NCBI GenBank assembly: GCA_048128005.1
Contig: JBEUKZ010000065.1
Location: forward strand, 434,001-498,000
Origin: Veleropilina oligotropha
Taxonomy: Eukaryota
DNA: 64,000 nucleotides
Reading direction: 5' to 3'
Shown in pieces: positions 1 to 13,649 of this stretch. A model generated the notes under the pieces. That model was not told the DNA's origin. It saw only the letters and a list, made by a program, of their open reading frames with translations, and made no database searches. The position numbers and the translations under genes were made by a program. Every line of letters begins with the position of its first letter. Position 1 is the first letter of the stretch.

Positions 1-115
1 TACATGGTTTACAGTGCTACATGGTTTACAGTGCTACATGGCTTGCAGTGCTACACGGTTTACAGTGCTACATGGTTTACAGTGCTACACGGTTTACAGT
101 GCTACACAGTTTACA
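1..115. repeat. 17-bp minisatellite (TACATGGTTTACAGTGC)n, cut by window edge
   Basis: About 6-7 near-identical tandem units read directly. Confidence 0.9.
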
Positions 116-150
116 GTTTGTATTGACAAGGAACATACTGCAAAAGTTCC

Positions 151-320
151 ATTGGAATCGAAGGAAATGAAAGGACTAATAAAGCACTAAAGTCAGTTTT
201 ACATATTATCCAACCTAAAAATTTCAAAATTCCGTTTTCAGATTTTAAGTTACATATAAATAAATACATTTAAACTACATGACAACGTTGTTGAAATACC
301 CGACGGGGAATAAACTGCAG
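151..320 (+). pseudogene. Decayed LINE ORF2 fragment, RNase H C-terminal region (I/Nimb-like)
   Basis: Manual translation IGIEGNERTNKALKSVL...FKIPFSDFKLHINKYI* matches the HxGIxGNExADxxAK RNase H motif of I-clade LINEs; contains stops. Confidence 0.7.
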
Positions 321-489
321 AATGTCCAGGATCTTCTTATTAGTGAGGTGGGCCCCTCACATGTCCCTGTGCTGTGTAAAGGTCGTCTTGGTCAAACCTA
401 CTCCTATAACATATGAGACCGGGTTGACGTGCCTTTCATACCCTAGCTCATATATCCGAAGCACCTTTTATGACGAGCAGGTTCCCGAC

Positions 490-594
490 TAGTCCGATAA
501 ATCTGCCCCTAATTACAAGCTCAAAATTCTGACGGTCGATACACGCGACGGTCAGAATTTTGAGCTTGTAATTAGGGGCAGATTTATCGGACTA
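490..594. mobile_element. 105-bp foldback MITE with 9-bp TSD
   Basis: Arms TAGTCCGATAAATCTGCCCCTAATTACAAGCTCAAAATTCTGAC are perfect reverse complements; GTTCCCGAC flanks both sides (481-489, 595-603). Confidence 0.85.
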
Positions 595-974
595 GTTCCC
601 GACGGATTCGTCTGGAACTGTTTTGGAGCAAATTACTAATTAAACATACAGTGAAACAAACAGTAAATACTTATATTGTATAAATATGCATGAATATATA
701 CATACCTGTTAGTTTTTAGTGATTTTGTTGTCATAATGTATGATAAAACGCATTATTTGTCAATGTTTAACCGTCAAACGAAATGCTAACGTCACAAAAT
801 GGCGACCGTCTTTTGTTTACATTGTAAAAGTTAAAACCGTCCGTTTTGTGTTCCAAAGTAACTTATCGGTGTTATTTGGTATAAATGAACATATAGTATT
901 TAGTATTTTTCGCCACGGGCCGTGATTTTCACCATTAGAATATTCTGCTGCGAGAAATTTTAGCTCAGCCGTTA

Positions 975-1600
975 AGCCCAACGCACACGGCAGACAAAAA
1001 CTCGCAAACATTATGACGAACACTGTTTTCCTAAATTGTTCGTTCCATGTGCGGGTGTAAAAAACACGAAAACAGTTGTTCGCCGAACACGTTCGTCGTA
1101 TCGAACATGTTTAATATCGCGAACATTGTTTTCGCCGAAGATCGTTTCGTGACCGCCGTCTGCGGTGAAAGCGAAACAGTTTGTTTCATTCAACCAATCA
1201 GCCTGCGCGCAGCGATCACATGATTAACAAAATGGCTGCGCGAAATAGCGTGGGACAGGGAGAAAGGGGAAAAACTTATTGATTTATGGTCGCAAAAATA
1301 AATGTATGCAATATTATTCAGTATTTACGTACAGGTAGTACGTATCCCTCTCTTGTGTTTTGTAAATTGCTTAAGTTGAAGAGTCTTATTGTTTTTATTT
1401 GTAGTTTTATATTCTGTTTAATCAAATAAAATAATCACCAGTGAAAACTTATGCTTTATAAATAGCTAGGCTCTTATATCTTATGATATATTTATGACGC
1501 TGTAGAGAAAAATGTTCACCGTCTGCGGGTGGTAGGAACAAAAACACAGAACAATGTTTTTGTTTCAGCGAACAAAGAACACTGCCGTGTGCGTTGGGCT
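975..1600. mobile_element. PIF/Harbinger-type MITE
   Basis: 19-bp TIR AGCCCAACGCACACGGCAG / CTGCCGTGTGCGTTGGGCT with TTA duplicated on both sides. Confidence 0.8.
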
Positions 1601-1604
1601 TTAG

Positions 1605-1715
1605 AGTCTGATTAGGAACTATAGCAGGCTCTAACGTTGTTGGAGTAGGCCAAACCGAGAATTAGGCATTCTCACAACACTCACTTATACTTGCTTAAAG
1701 ATGTATTGCCCGTAA
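1605..1715 (+). pseudogene. Probable continuation of the decayed LINE ORF2
   Basis: Translation PRIRHSHNTHLYLLKDVLP resembles the RLRIGHxxLTHxYLL motif downstream of RNase H in I-clade LINEs. Confidence 0.5.
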
Positions 1716-4700
1716 TTATGACATAATGCCTTACTTACCTATATATGTAGATGCTATAAAAAGTTTTGATGATTCAAAGTGAAAGAATCTACATTGTTTG
1801 TTGTTTTATAATAAAAATCACTTCTGAAATCGGTGATCGTCGCTGAACCCTTTCGATCTTTCCGCCATTAAAATTACCAAGGATGCGTGCATTTCGTGGA
1901 ATTTCCAATTCGGAAATCGACGAATGAGACGACTCGTCCGTTTTCGAGTATACTTTTTATCGAAACATGTAGACGCTACGTCAAATACGAATAATTAATT
2001 TATCGAATTTACATGCGATGTGACAGTACTGTAAAATAGTTAATTAGTGATAAGTTTGCAGCTCAATTGTCCACAAAGCCCAAGTTAACTTCGACAGTGC
2101 CCAACTTCATGAAATTCCCTTCGACGAACGTCCGTCACCCAAATAATAACAGCGGACCCGGTTTTATTATTTTTTACTTTTAATTCGTAGGCGCTTCAGG
2201 GACTCCGTCTATAGGGACGCCGCCAAAAATATTTTAGGCCATTCTCCCTTCAAGAACTATTTAGTAGTATTAAAATTCATGTCATTTTTTTTTTTTAAAT
2301 AAGTAACCCTTTTACTTTTATAAATCTGCTGGCTACAATTTTTTAGCAAATTTATTCGCTTCGCTGTGGACGTAGTTAGCGGAGCTTTACAGATACCTCT
2401 TTGTCCGGCGACCGTCTGTCGTCAACTTTTGACGTGAAATGTGTATATCTTCAAAACTGTCTGATAACTTTTTTTCTACTTTGGCATGAGCCTTCTTTAT
2501 GATGCTATGAACCTATCTTGAAAATATTAGGAAATTCTTCGTCTAAGTTTTTCTGAAATTTACCTTTTTGGACTTAGGAAATCTGCTTCTGAGGCAATTT
2601 TTGACTTCAAATGTGATTATCCTCGAAACTGTCTGAAAATTTATTTTTAATTTGTATTGGCATGGCCATTGCTTATTATGATGTTCTTAACGTATCTTGC
2701 GAATATTAAAGAAATGGGGGTGCAAACGTGATCGTTCTTACCCCAACAAAATACGAATCACTATGAACTAAATGAATATCACAAAAAGTTGTGTATTTTT
2801 TCATGACATACCAGCAAACACATTTTGTTCATGACCCACTCCTAAAGCATAGACATTTTTGACTGCATCCTGAATGTAGTTTTTATATAACACACCCTCA
2901 AATACTTTTTTCATAACCTAGCCCTAAAGCCAGCGTCATTTTGAAAAGGGGTACTAAGGTCAAACCTTCACCACCTGTAATCAATTGTCGGAGACAATTA
3001 ACGGTGTGAAACACCCTCTCCTGCATTCTGAGTTTTACAAAATGTTGTGTACATTTTTCATGACCCACCCCAAACACTGTTTTTATTTCATGACCCACCC
3101 CTAAAGTCTGTGTCTTTTTCGTGACCTTCCTCCTCATTTCCACCGCCCCTCACCCCAATAATAAATGACCAGTCCCTTTTTGCCACTTGTTTATAGAACC
3201 GTCGACCGAATAACATATTGGCTTTTAAGCTGGGGTATTTCTGCGGACTCTTAATTTACTCGTTTGACTTCTCTGTATGACCGAAAACATTCTGTTTGAA
3301 TTATCGACGGGTATCCTTTGTTCAGCTAGCAATCACAGTTGTCCTGTCTGTGTTGGTGTTCCGGAGAATATTCCTAGTCATACTCATGATACTGTAGTGT
3401 AGATATACGTCGGTGCATATATAATAATTAATAAAATGTTTTTTTTCGAATTGACGAGTAATAATTAAATAAACGTAGTTAGCATTCACGCAAGTGTTGT
3501 TTGTTGTTTTGGTAAACTTTGAAGTAAGCGACTAAATTAAATAGAATGGCACAGCTCAAAATATGTCGAATTGAAAATCGCCGTTCTCTCATGACATAAC
3601 ATATTAGCCTATTTTTTAAATCGAAATTCAAACCTCTCTCAACATAAACAATATATATACTGCCTTTTATTACTGGTAAGTATTTGTAAAGAAAACAAGT
3701 AAACGTATAACACCTACAACGTAAGGCGCTGTGATATTTTGTGAATTAACCCTTTGAAGTCTGTATACCGGCGTATTTGCATATACCCTGAAAGTGGCTT
3801 AGGTGGTATACCGTATTTGGATGACACAATTAAATAACATTAGAAATGCAGGTAACAAATCAGGGGCGGATCGAGGGTCCAACTTTCATAAAATATACTA
3901 TCACCCGTCCCCACAGCCTGAAACCTCTCCTGCACTCTGACGGAGCAAAAGCGATATTTCTTACCAACATTTATGTATGAACCATTTTCACTAAAATGTA
4001 TGTATTTTTTCATTTTTTTTCACAATCTAACACATTGAGTTTTTTAATGGCCAAAGCAAAAGGGCACTTGGTCCGTCAAGGGGGGGGGGGGGTCCGACCC
4101 CCATGGACCCCGCCCCTGCAAATTTAAAGAGTTTGACTCAAATTAGGTACCGTAGTGAAATGATAGTGCTAACAATATCTCAGATCAAGTAAGGAAGGCA
4201 ATGAACTGTATAGGGATATGTAGTACTTGTGGACCCAGTCGTGATGGCGGCATATGCACATCAACTTGGTTTTGTAATGTTCGTCGACTGTATACAAAAA
4301 AATAAAAGTTCTCTATGTAAAACTGGTCAAACCAGACAAATTAAATTATGTTAATTCTCCAGGTAATATTGATTCAATGAAGATATCTCAGCGGAAATGT
4401 TGATGGTGAAGCGTCGGTATGAGGAATACCGAAAAAGTATTCCAGCGTGAAATAATTAAAGTGGAATAACATATATCCAGTAATGCATATCAAGTTTCTG
4501 AAGAGGAACAATTTCAACCGATCAATAGCAATAAAGCTAACAGAAAACAAAAATGGCAGTAACGAGTTGTCTATTTCTGGTCACCTATCATCAGACATCA
4601 AAGGAGGTGAAATGTGCATAAAACAGTTTGTCAACTTCCTTTGAGCCAATCTTCACAATTTAAAACGTTATAAGGAGCACCTAGATACGACAGAGAATAG

Positions 4701-4814
4701 GGCCTCTTTATTGTGTAGATTAGATAATTGACTGACTGCTCCGTTTAACATGAGTGGGTTACAATCTATAATTGGATGAGGGAGGATACGGGGTGTTCCC
4801 CAGGCAATGTGACT

Positions 4815-5025
4815 TTCCACCCACAGACTCCGAAAATCACTGGCTTGATTGCGTTGACACGAACAGTAGTGGGTTCGAATCTCGGTTGGGACATGCATGA
4901 TATTTTTTTTTGAGTTATGAATCACAGTTGTCCGTAACTGGTCGGAGGTTTCCCAAGGCGACCGGGTTTTCCTCCTGAGATAATATAGACATGTCCTGCA
5001 TTGAACCTGATGGATCAGCATTTCG
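4815..5025 (+). mobile_element. tRNA-derived SINE copy
   Basis: B-box GGGTTCGAATC followed by the body TTATGAATCACAGTTGTCCGTAACTGGTCGGAG, shared with copies at about 13650, 17560 (minus) and 58400. Confidence 0.75.
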
Positions 5026-5859
5026 TGTTGCGTTGAAAGTGAGAATCCATGTCAAAATTATCTGTGACACAGTAGTACAGATCCTCAATTCAGACCTTTT
5101 AACTGGTCTGTGTCAGATGTCTTGGTTCGACTACCATTTAACTGCTCCCCAGAGTTATCAGTCAGTCATGGTAGTGCATAACCGACAGAGGCAGTTAGGT
5201 TTCACCATAGATATTCATGCCATGATCATCTGAATATCATAATATGTTTGGTTGACAACATTGTTTTACGGCCACTTTTGGCAATTGTTCAGGCTTATCG
5301 CAGTCAATACACCTGGTTTAAGATATCCGACATATCTTGTATTATTTTAAGCGGTACAATGAGCCGCCGGCCGGGTTCGTACTCTTTCCCACCTAACGGG
5401 TTCGATTCGGGTCACTGACACGCCAACATGAACCACTCACTCACCAAGGCAGCTAGGATAAAAATTAACCCTATAGCTATTAAAATGGGTAGCTAAAAGT
5501 CAATTCAAATGATGTGATGCTACAGTGGGAAATAAGCATAGTAGATCACAGATATAAATCCTAATTACTCCCAGAATTCCATATTAATGATTAGATGGCA
5601 AGTTGCATTTTTAGGTGGGCACCACCTCCTGAAGTGACCAGACTCCACGGGATATTCACTGCCATGTTCTATACTATACAGAGCCACATAAATGATGGGT
5701 GCCAGAAATAGAGACACGGGTTTGATTTTGAATGTGCACTTCAACGCCATCTCGGCAAGCACATCATGTAAGATTTAAATAGAATTTGTTTGGGTTTAGG
5801 AAGTGCATTACTGCCACTCATATTAAAACCCATTGTCGTTTCTGGTCATCTAATAGACT

Positions 5860-6000
5860 ATAGCCTGCCCTGTTTCTTAAAATAATCATCTATGCGGTTT
5901 TTAAATTGGTTTACAGATGTTGATTCTACTACATTACTAGGAAGACTGTTCCATTCATCGACAACCTGATTTGAGAAAAAGTGTTTTTTAACGTCTAGCG
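5860..6000 (-). pseudogene. CR1/L2-type LINE ORF2 C-terminal fragment
   Basis: Minus-strand translation LDVKKHFFSNQVVDEWNSLPSNVVESTSVNQFKNRIDDYF matches the typical FFSxRVVxxWNxLP..V...S...FK..LD end of CR1 reverse transcriptase ORFs. Confidence 0.8.
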
Positions 6001-6219
6001 TGATAAATATTATAATGGTACCAAACCCTGCTTACTAATACTGAGTCACCCTAATAACCATGGAATATACACAGTTTAGGGTTAGACATATATTTCATGG
6101 GCATTAGGGTCAGTATTAGTAAGCAGGGTTCATTACCATTCTAATATTTTTCATGCGAGTCTTACATGAAGTAATTGTCGCCATCTCCATTGCACATTTC
6201 ATTCAAAGGTAATTAACTC

Positions 6220-9200
6220 GGTTTAAGACTGAAAAATTGTCTTTAACTTAGCTAATGACCCTACATGCAGTCTCATCATATACAGAGAAAATATATGATC
6301 ATCTAAATGCTCAACTACCAGAAGATTGTTTACTGATCCTGCTGTTGCCCTATCTCTATGTAATAAATGTAAGAAATGATGCTTTAGGACCACGTCAACT
6401 ACTGTATGTTTCATTCATAATCAGGTAGATCAATGTTGAGAGAAAATAAATTGGATCGATATTTAAAATCCCATTTACACTGTACCATCATTCATGTTCA
6501 AACCAGAGCATGTCTGTAGCCAGGGAAATCGTGCCCTCACCGTTCATATATGGACAACTGTAACTTTCCTGGCTAACATTGGGTTTGAATCCCCACTGTT
6601 AGATGGAAGAGACAAACGAGTGAATTCAGAGATCGAGATCGTATCCAATTGGCTACCGGTGCAGCCGCAGAGGATTCGAACACATTAAATGAAGTCATTG
6701 TATTCACCAATGAAGATGTATTAAATTGAATGCTGGGTGCAATGGGGATGGCGACAACCACAGAACACCCAGGGAGAAGATGCATAATGATGTATGCGAG
6801 CACCACCATTTAATAGAAGGTATACAAAAAGCTATAGGTCGTGCTGAAAATTCTAAAGAGCTGATGATTCAGAACAACACAGTAAATCAACCAAGCCTGA
6901 AATATCTGGATATAAGTACCGTTTATTAAAACCTGTCCAAGATTGGAGGAATATGTAAATAATATTTACGCAATATACTTTTGATCTGTACATATCAGAC
7001 CTTATCCATAGCTTTTTAGCAACACTTTTAATACTTGAAATTGAATCTCGCTGTCTCTCTGTCACACTATATATTCAGGCGGGTGTCTTTATCATAATGA
7101 AACTATTAATATTTATCCCCACAGTCGGCTGTCTTCAAAGAAATGATGACCTTTGTTTGGACATCACTCAATGAACAAATACAGTACAGCTACTACTGTA
7201 CGCTGTGCCAGGGGTCACTGTACGCTGTGCCAGGGGTCACTGTACGCAGTGCCAGGGGTCACTTCTGCAGACTCCTGCTAGAATGAATGGTTCTGTGCTG
7301 GATCCTAAAAATTTCTCTTTCGTCTGATTCCAATATGTTTGCATGCTGGAAAGACCTGAAAGTAACACACATTGCATTGATTAATGTTAAATAGGCAATG
7401 AATAAATTGTTATCTTAATTCAATAGCGAAAATATATAACTGCATTCTTCCTACAATTTGAAGCAAGATGGTGCTACTGATGTCACACTTTTCAGTCAAA
7501 TCACAGATGAGAACCCCTACCCCCATTTAATAATTGTAAGCAATGATAGCTCTAGCAATTAATGCTATAAATTAATCATGCTAACGGTTGTGTGTTATAG
7601 TCACAAGAGCAGTTAACTGTTTAAAGACCAGGAGCACAGAGACATGAGTTCAATCATGTGACGAGTTGCACGTTGTCTCCATTGCACATGGCTTCAATTC
7701 ATTTATCATTCAAAATTGATTGAGAAGTTGGTTTGATCGCTAAGCATCATCTTAATATAATGGAGCTATAATTGTATGTGTGTGTGTGTGTGTCTGTTTC
7801 AAGTTGAACTCCTCCCAGACGCTTTGACCTAGGACCTTCAAACTTTGGGGGGTTAATCGGGGTCCCCCAAGGAAGGTTTACCACGAAAAAAATTCGGAAA
7901 AATCGGGAAAAAAAAAAATCTTAATATAATGGAGCTATAATTGTATGTGTGTGTGTGTGTCTGTTTCAAGTTGAACTCCTCCCAGACGCTTTGACCTAGG
8001 ACCTTCAAACTTTGGGGGGTTAATCGGGGTCCCCCAAGGAAGGTTTACCACGAAAAAAATTCGGAAAAATCGGGGAAAAAAAAATTTATTTAAGGGAGCA
8101 CTATCCAAAAAAAAAAAAAAAAAAAAAATTGGGGTGGGGGGACTTGCCCGGCGAAGACGGGTACCATAGCTAGTTTCATTAATGCATCCATCATATTATG
8201 TACCTTCATTGTCAGATTCTTCATAACAGAATCTTGGTACACAATTAAATGGACTAAATAATAAGTAATGTTATATACAGTTAAATTTTCTGCATACTAT
8301 ATGTTAATCTATCGTCGTGCATGCATAAATAATTCATGTGTGGCAGTGAATATATGTTTATAATTATGAATAAAATAATACGAATAACTTTTTAATACAT
8401 TAACAAATTAAATGAAAAGTTTTTTGATAAATACCTACCTTTTTGTGAGATCAGAGTGTCTCCGGGAGGAACACACCTTGAATGGGGGATTGCTACTGTT
8501 GAATCCCTACAATATAAAGTAGCGAAAAACATACAGTGCTTGAATATTTATTATTTTTATTGTTGATGCATGCATTAATAGTAATACAATAATTGACTAC
8601 ATGTATACTTATAAATAATGTATAAAAATAGATAAAATAAAAATATCAGAATGATATTCAACAAACATTTAGTGGTAAGAATCCACGTATATTGGACAAG
8701 GTACGTAAACAGAAAACATTGGTGAACTGTTTGCTAATGCCTTGATATCTAACTGAAGATTTAAAAATGTTGCTATGGCACATAGATATTTACCATTGGT
8801 ATATTTCAACTTTCCTTTATTACATATGTTGTCAAAGCGGATTGTTCAGAGTCTTGAAAACCGCGATGAGTGTACAGGTCCGGGTGCACGGGCCTACCGC
8901 TGATACGATCATAGTGATATACCGCGATGAGGGTAGAGGTCCGGGTGCACAGGCCTACCGCTGACGATCATAGTGATATATGCGGCTTATTGATTCATAG
9001 AAGCAACATGCATCGAGTGAGGTTAAAAATTAGTTATGTATGATGCATTTGATGAAATAATCTAATAAACGATAATTACCTCTCTTTCTCTGCCTGCTAA
9101 TAACATCCGAAGATTGCTCATTTGCTTTCGTTTACGGCCGTTAAATTGGTGTCGAATCTTGTAGCCGTAGATTTAACGTTGTTGTTTCAATTCACCCCAA

Positions 9201-9558
9201 TATACATGCTGAACCAATAAATATTATATATACTTTTGTGCACAGGTATTTTCGCTAGGTTAGCTCTTCGGTCGTTTTGCCTTTTCGTTGAATACCAGGC
9301 AGTATGCCTCATGTCTCCCCACTATACAGCGAAGAGTGCTGAGGCACTGATGTTAGCTGTGCTCTGTCTATTGAACGGCAAAACACAAAACGTTTTATGT
9401 TTTGACAAAACGTTTTGCTTATTGAACGCAAGGCAGCCATGTTATTATCCGCATCGACACGATACTCTGCATAGAAGACAGCTGCGCTATAAATAGCTTC
9501 TGCGTGGGTGGTACGCCGTCCCAACCACACGATTGATTTCCATACAGTTCCCCTTTAA
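6220..9558 (-). mobile_element. Decayed spliced DDE transposon, probably Kolobok-like
   Basis: One terminus TTAA|AGGGGAACTG (9558-9545). Minus-strand pieces resemble the xLAGDGRxDSPGHxAxY.Y.LMD transposase block (YWNQTKEKFLGSSTEPFILAGVCRSD.WHCVQ; SLSDVQTKVIISLKT) and KSVAKKL. AG/GT-bounded segments at 8506-8439 and from 7355. The second terminus was not found. Confidence 0.45.
7750..8173 (+). mobile_element. Non-autonomous Helitron with duplicated 5' part
   Basis: 5' A|TC start at 7750 and again at 7919, internal (GT)n, 3' hairpin CCCGGCGAAGACGGG then CTAG|T end, no TSD; homologous copy at 30102-30403. Confidence 0.8.
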
Positions 9559-10420
9559 GTCAAATCTTTGTTAATATTAGTGATATAATTATCAGTCCAA
9601 TTAGACTGTATAAACGATAAGATGATGTCATCGGTTTAAATATTTTCTTTACGCGAGAAACCCAGGCAAAGTCAAAGTCATTTAACAAAGCCACAATTTA
9701 TGAAGCGGTAAGTTTACTCTCAAATTGATGATATACAAGGAGAAACAGAAATGTATAAATGATAGTCAGTAAACAATCGAAGTGCCCAAAACCGAAGGCA
9801 GACACTCATTCTCGAAGCCAAAATCGCCCAGATAATATAATAGCATCCAGTAATAGTATATCCAAAACGCCGAAGAAATTATTGTCATTGGGTCAAGAAT
9901 TTGAACCCATAAGAAAATCTTCCCGTGAAAACTTAAAATGAGAATTTAATTGTGCATAATATAGGTATACATACAAGATCAAGCAGCTAATTCAAAGTTC
10001 ATCGAAGAAGTTGGTCTTCAGACAAAGCATATGTTCAACTTGATCATCTTAGCAAGGTAGCCCACTGACGACGTGGCACAGACACCAGTGCACAGACAAA
10101 CAATGCATCATTGGACAATTGCAGTTCAAGGAGGATATCGGTCAATTTGGGCGTATGTTAAACACTTTGAAAACTGAACTTCTAAGAAAATAACATGAAC
10201 CATGGCACACATGCATTGGCATTGGCAAATAAACCATCATCATCATCATCACATTCCGTCAAAATATATATATATGTTTCTACAAACGACAAACCTACAT
10301 ATCGCTTTAGTATTGCATTAGTTTGGATTGATGCTTTATGGCCTGTATACTAGTATTTATAACGTTCATATTCAAACAATGACATGTCCATATAATCGCG
10401 GGATTAAGACATGTTCCTCC

Positions 10421-10810
10421 GGTGAAAACAAGCCCTCTTCTGCCAGGGTGAAAACAAGCCCTCTTCTGCCAGGGTGAAAACAAGCCCTCTTCTGCCAGGG
10501 TGAAAACAAGCCCTCTTCCGCCAAGGTGAAAACAAGCCCTCTTCTGCCAGGGTGAAAACAAGCCCTCTTCTGCCAGGGTGAAAACAAGCCCTCTTCTGCC
10601 AGGGTGAAAACAAGCCCTCTTCTGCCAGGGTGAAAACAAGCCCTCTTCTGCCAGGGTGAAAACAAGCCCTCTTCTGCCAGGGTGAAAACAAGCCCTCTTC
10701 TGCCAGGGTGAAAACAAGCCCTCTTCTGCCAGGGTGAAAACAAGCCCTCTTCTGCCAGGGTGAAAACAAGCCCTCTTCTGCCAGGGTGAAAACAAGCCCT
10801 CTTCTGCCAG
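10421..10810. repeat. 26-bp minisatellite x15 (GGTGAAAACAAGCCCTCTTCTGCCAG)
   Basis: Near-perfect tandem units; source of the spurious ORFs at 10307-10836. Confidence 0.95.
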
Positions 10811-13649
10811 TTAAGGACAACTGTGACGGGTAACAAGCCCTCTACCGCCAGTTAAGGACAACTGTGCCGGGTAACTGAACAAAGAATGCCACTATCCAAA
10901 CCGAACGCTCTCCTGTCAACCCGAAGCCGCCGTCACTTAAATCCATGTATATCCGTATAATCACTGACGAACGGACTCGTAACATATGAAGTGTCCATTT
11001 TAATGTTTATTTCACCTATTAGCACATGTTCTCTCGGTCTTTGTGCAGTACTCCCTTATTCCTGGAGCGAATTCCAAGACTGACTGTGGAGACCATGACT
11101 TATTAATCGAGACGCTACTCCGTGTCGGTTTAATCGATATTTCCTCTGCGTTCGCGGTTAGCTTACCATGTATCTCTTACGGCAGAAAGTGTGCTCTCGC
11201 CGCTCGTCTGCCTCGCATGTCTCGAGAGATTTTAAAATATTGATTTATATGAAATTCGCAAAGAACAAATGGAAATGTCGAATATGAGTGGCGCCTGTAT
11301 GAAAATGTGTATGTGTTGCCATAACAACGAGGTGTCAGTTACCATGCGAACAATACCACCATTCATTTTCATATCAAAGATGATATCTCCTAATTCAAAT
11401 TAAACTGTCGATATAAGAAATTGCTTTGTAATTAAATTGAAGTTCCGTGTTGTAAATTTTTAATCGCAAATGCAACGTTTGATCTATCTTTGCGTGACGC
11501 GTTCGTTATTAGGTAATTGCATTTTGCTAAACTGCCGCGTTATCCTATATGGACCAGATATTCGTATGTCAGATGATATCCTTATTGAATGGTTATTCAT
11601 ATTCGCCCTGGGGATATCTTCATTGTGCTTACAATATCACACGAATGACGTGCGCAACATATCCGACAATAATTACAAGATAAAAGGACATATAATTTGC
11701 AGAAACTTTCAATTGAGATTTTAAAATATCACTATTTTTACATTTTCATACAGAAAGTTAAAAAATAGAAATTTTGTTTATTTAAACTACAGTTTCGATT
11801 ACAACAGCATTTGTTGCTACAACTATGCAATCGAACCAAAACAATCAGAGACCTTAGACCCCATAAGCTATCTTTCAAGAAAAAACGTCACATAGGACGT
11901 TATGGTATGGGTTCGACTCCGGCGTGGCGTATTCTAACGCTTCAAACAGAAAAAAGTGATGGCCTGTCACCCAAAGTAGCAGATGTTAGTTCGAGGTTTC
12001 GACTACAGATATGACTAGAATATTGTCAAAATGTGGTCGTAAAACTAAATTGATTCACTCCACATCACACGTTCGTGAGTACGTCCAGTGCTGGGTCCAT
12101 TCACGTTTCGTACTCACGTTTTTGCATTCGCAATACTTGTTGTCTGCTTAACCAATCAATGTACTATCTTTCACGCGTATCTTAGGTTCTGGGACATTTC
12201 GCGCTACGTATACACGTTTTTGCATTCGCAAATCAATTTCGGAATTAATGCAGTTTTTAAGTGTGGTCATTATGTAAAATACCGAATACTAATTGGCGTT
12301 ATAAAAGAAAAAGTCGCTACATTGATTTACAAACGTGTGTTCAAAATATATTCTCCAATGTTGATAATGCATCCAGCTGAGCATATTCCTTATATTAACG
12401 TCGTAACTTGACTAATCTAATCTTCTTTGCCCCCTTCCCGTCCTCCAGTATTTTGTCAGATCAAAACGGCTCTAAGTGACGTAAAATCGATGTAGAGAGG
12501 CATCTATCGAGGACTAATTAAACACTGCCAGAAAACCATAGATCATCGCCTCATTTGTGTTCATCGATTGTGAACTGTTAATACAATTAATTATGTAAGC
12601 GTTGTTGTAGGGAATGTTCAAATACGGACTGAGATCAGAAGCATATATTGAAACTGTGTTCATGATTAACGCTAAATTGTGAATATGGTGTGATTTTACT
12701 TTTTAGTTAAATAAACACAACATTTATTATGTAATGAACACACACGGATTTATTTTTGTCGTAACATTGATCATTTTCGATCATCTGAAAAAGGAATATT
12801 GCTTAGTAAAATGCACTTTTGACAAATTTTGACGTAGGCCTACATGTTACCAAAAATTGAATTAATCACTCTTGGTAGACCCACAGAGACATCCCCATCC
12901 TCTGCTTCTGTATTACCATAAATAACATTGAATTACGGATTGTTGTTCTCACATGCGCTCTAATCTCCCGTCCGAGCATCGGGGAATACTTTTGTTCAGA
13001 CGCTTACCACGCGGTGTCTAGATGATAATCGGGACATTGTAGATAAGGTAATCTATAGATCATGATTAATATTTCAATCCATGATACCGATCATTACTAA
13101 CAAGTCGAATACAAAGTAAATCATTCTTAAATGCCCCTAATTGTGATTGCTGTGCCCTTGGGTAAATATATTGAAAATTCCTGTTCGTATAAATGATTTA
13201 CTGCCGATGTATTCCTCGGGAGACGTGGAAGGCCGGCCCAACCAACCAGTTGCCATGGAATTTTCATCAATGATTAAATGGCAAGGATTATTGAGAAAGG
13301 GTTAATATATCACTATAGTTATAAAAAGCCAGACCAACTATCCGTGCTTGTTTTAAATATCCAGTTAGTCTGTCTCCCTTTTCTTCACATACACACCATG
13401 AGCGTGATATCGAGCAACAGGACTGCTAGTTTCAGTTGTTCCATTGTTCCAGTTAACAACCCAAACATTGGGTCAACTCGGTTAGCTGGGCAGAAGCTGA
13501 CCAGTGACAAAGGATTTGACAAGTTGTCAAGGGAAGTGTCTCTCTACATCACGTCGTGAGCAAGCGCGTTATAACTTACTATATATAGATTATCATGGTT
13601 TGTATGACAGACAATACACCGACACCACTCGGTGTTACATCGACAAAGG

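Noticed and set aside
10307..10836. Three overlapping 138-162-aa ORFs
   Set aside because: Artefacts of the 26-bp tandem repeat.
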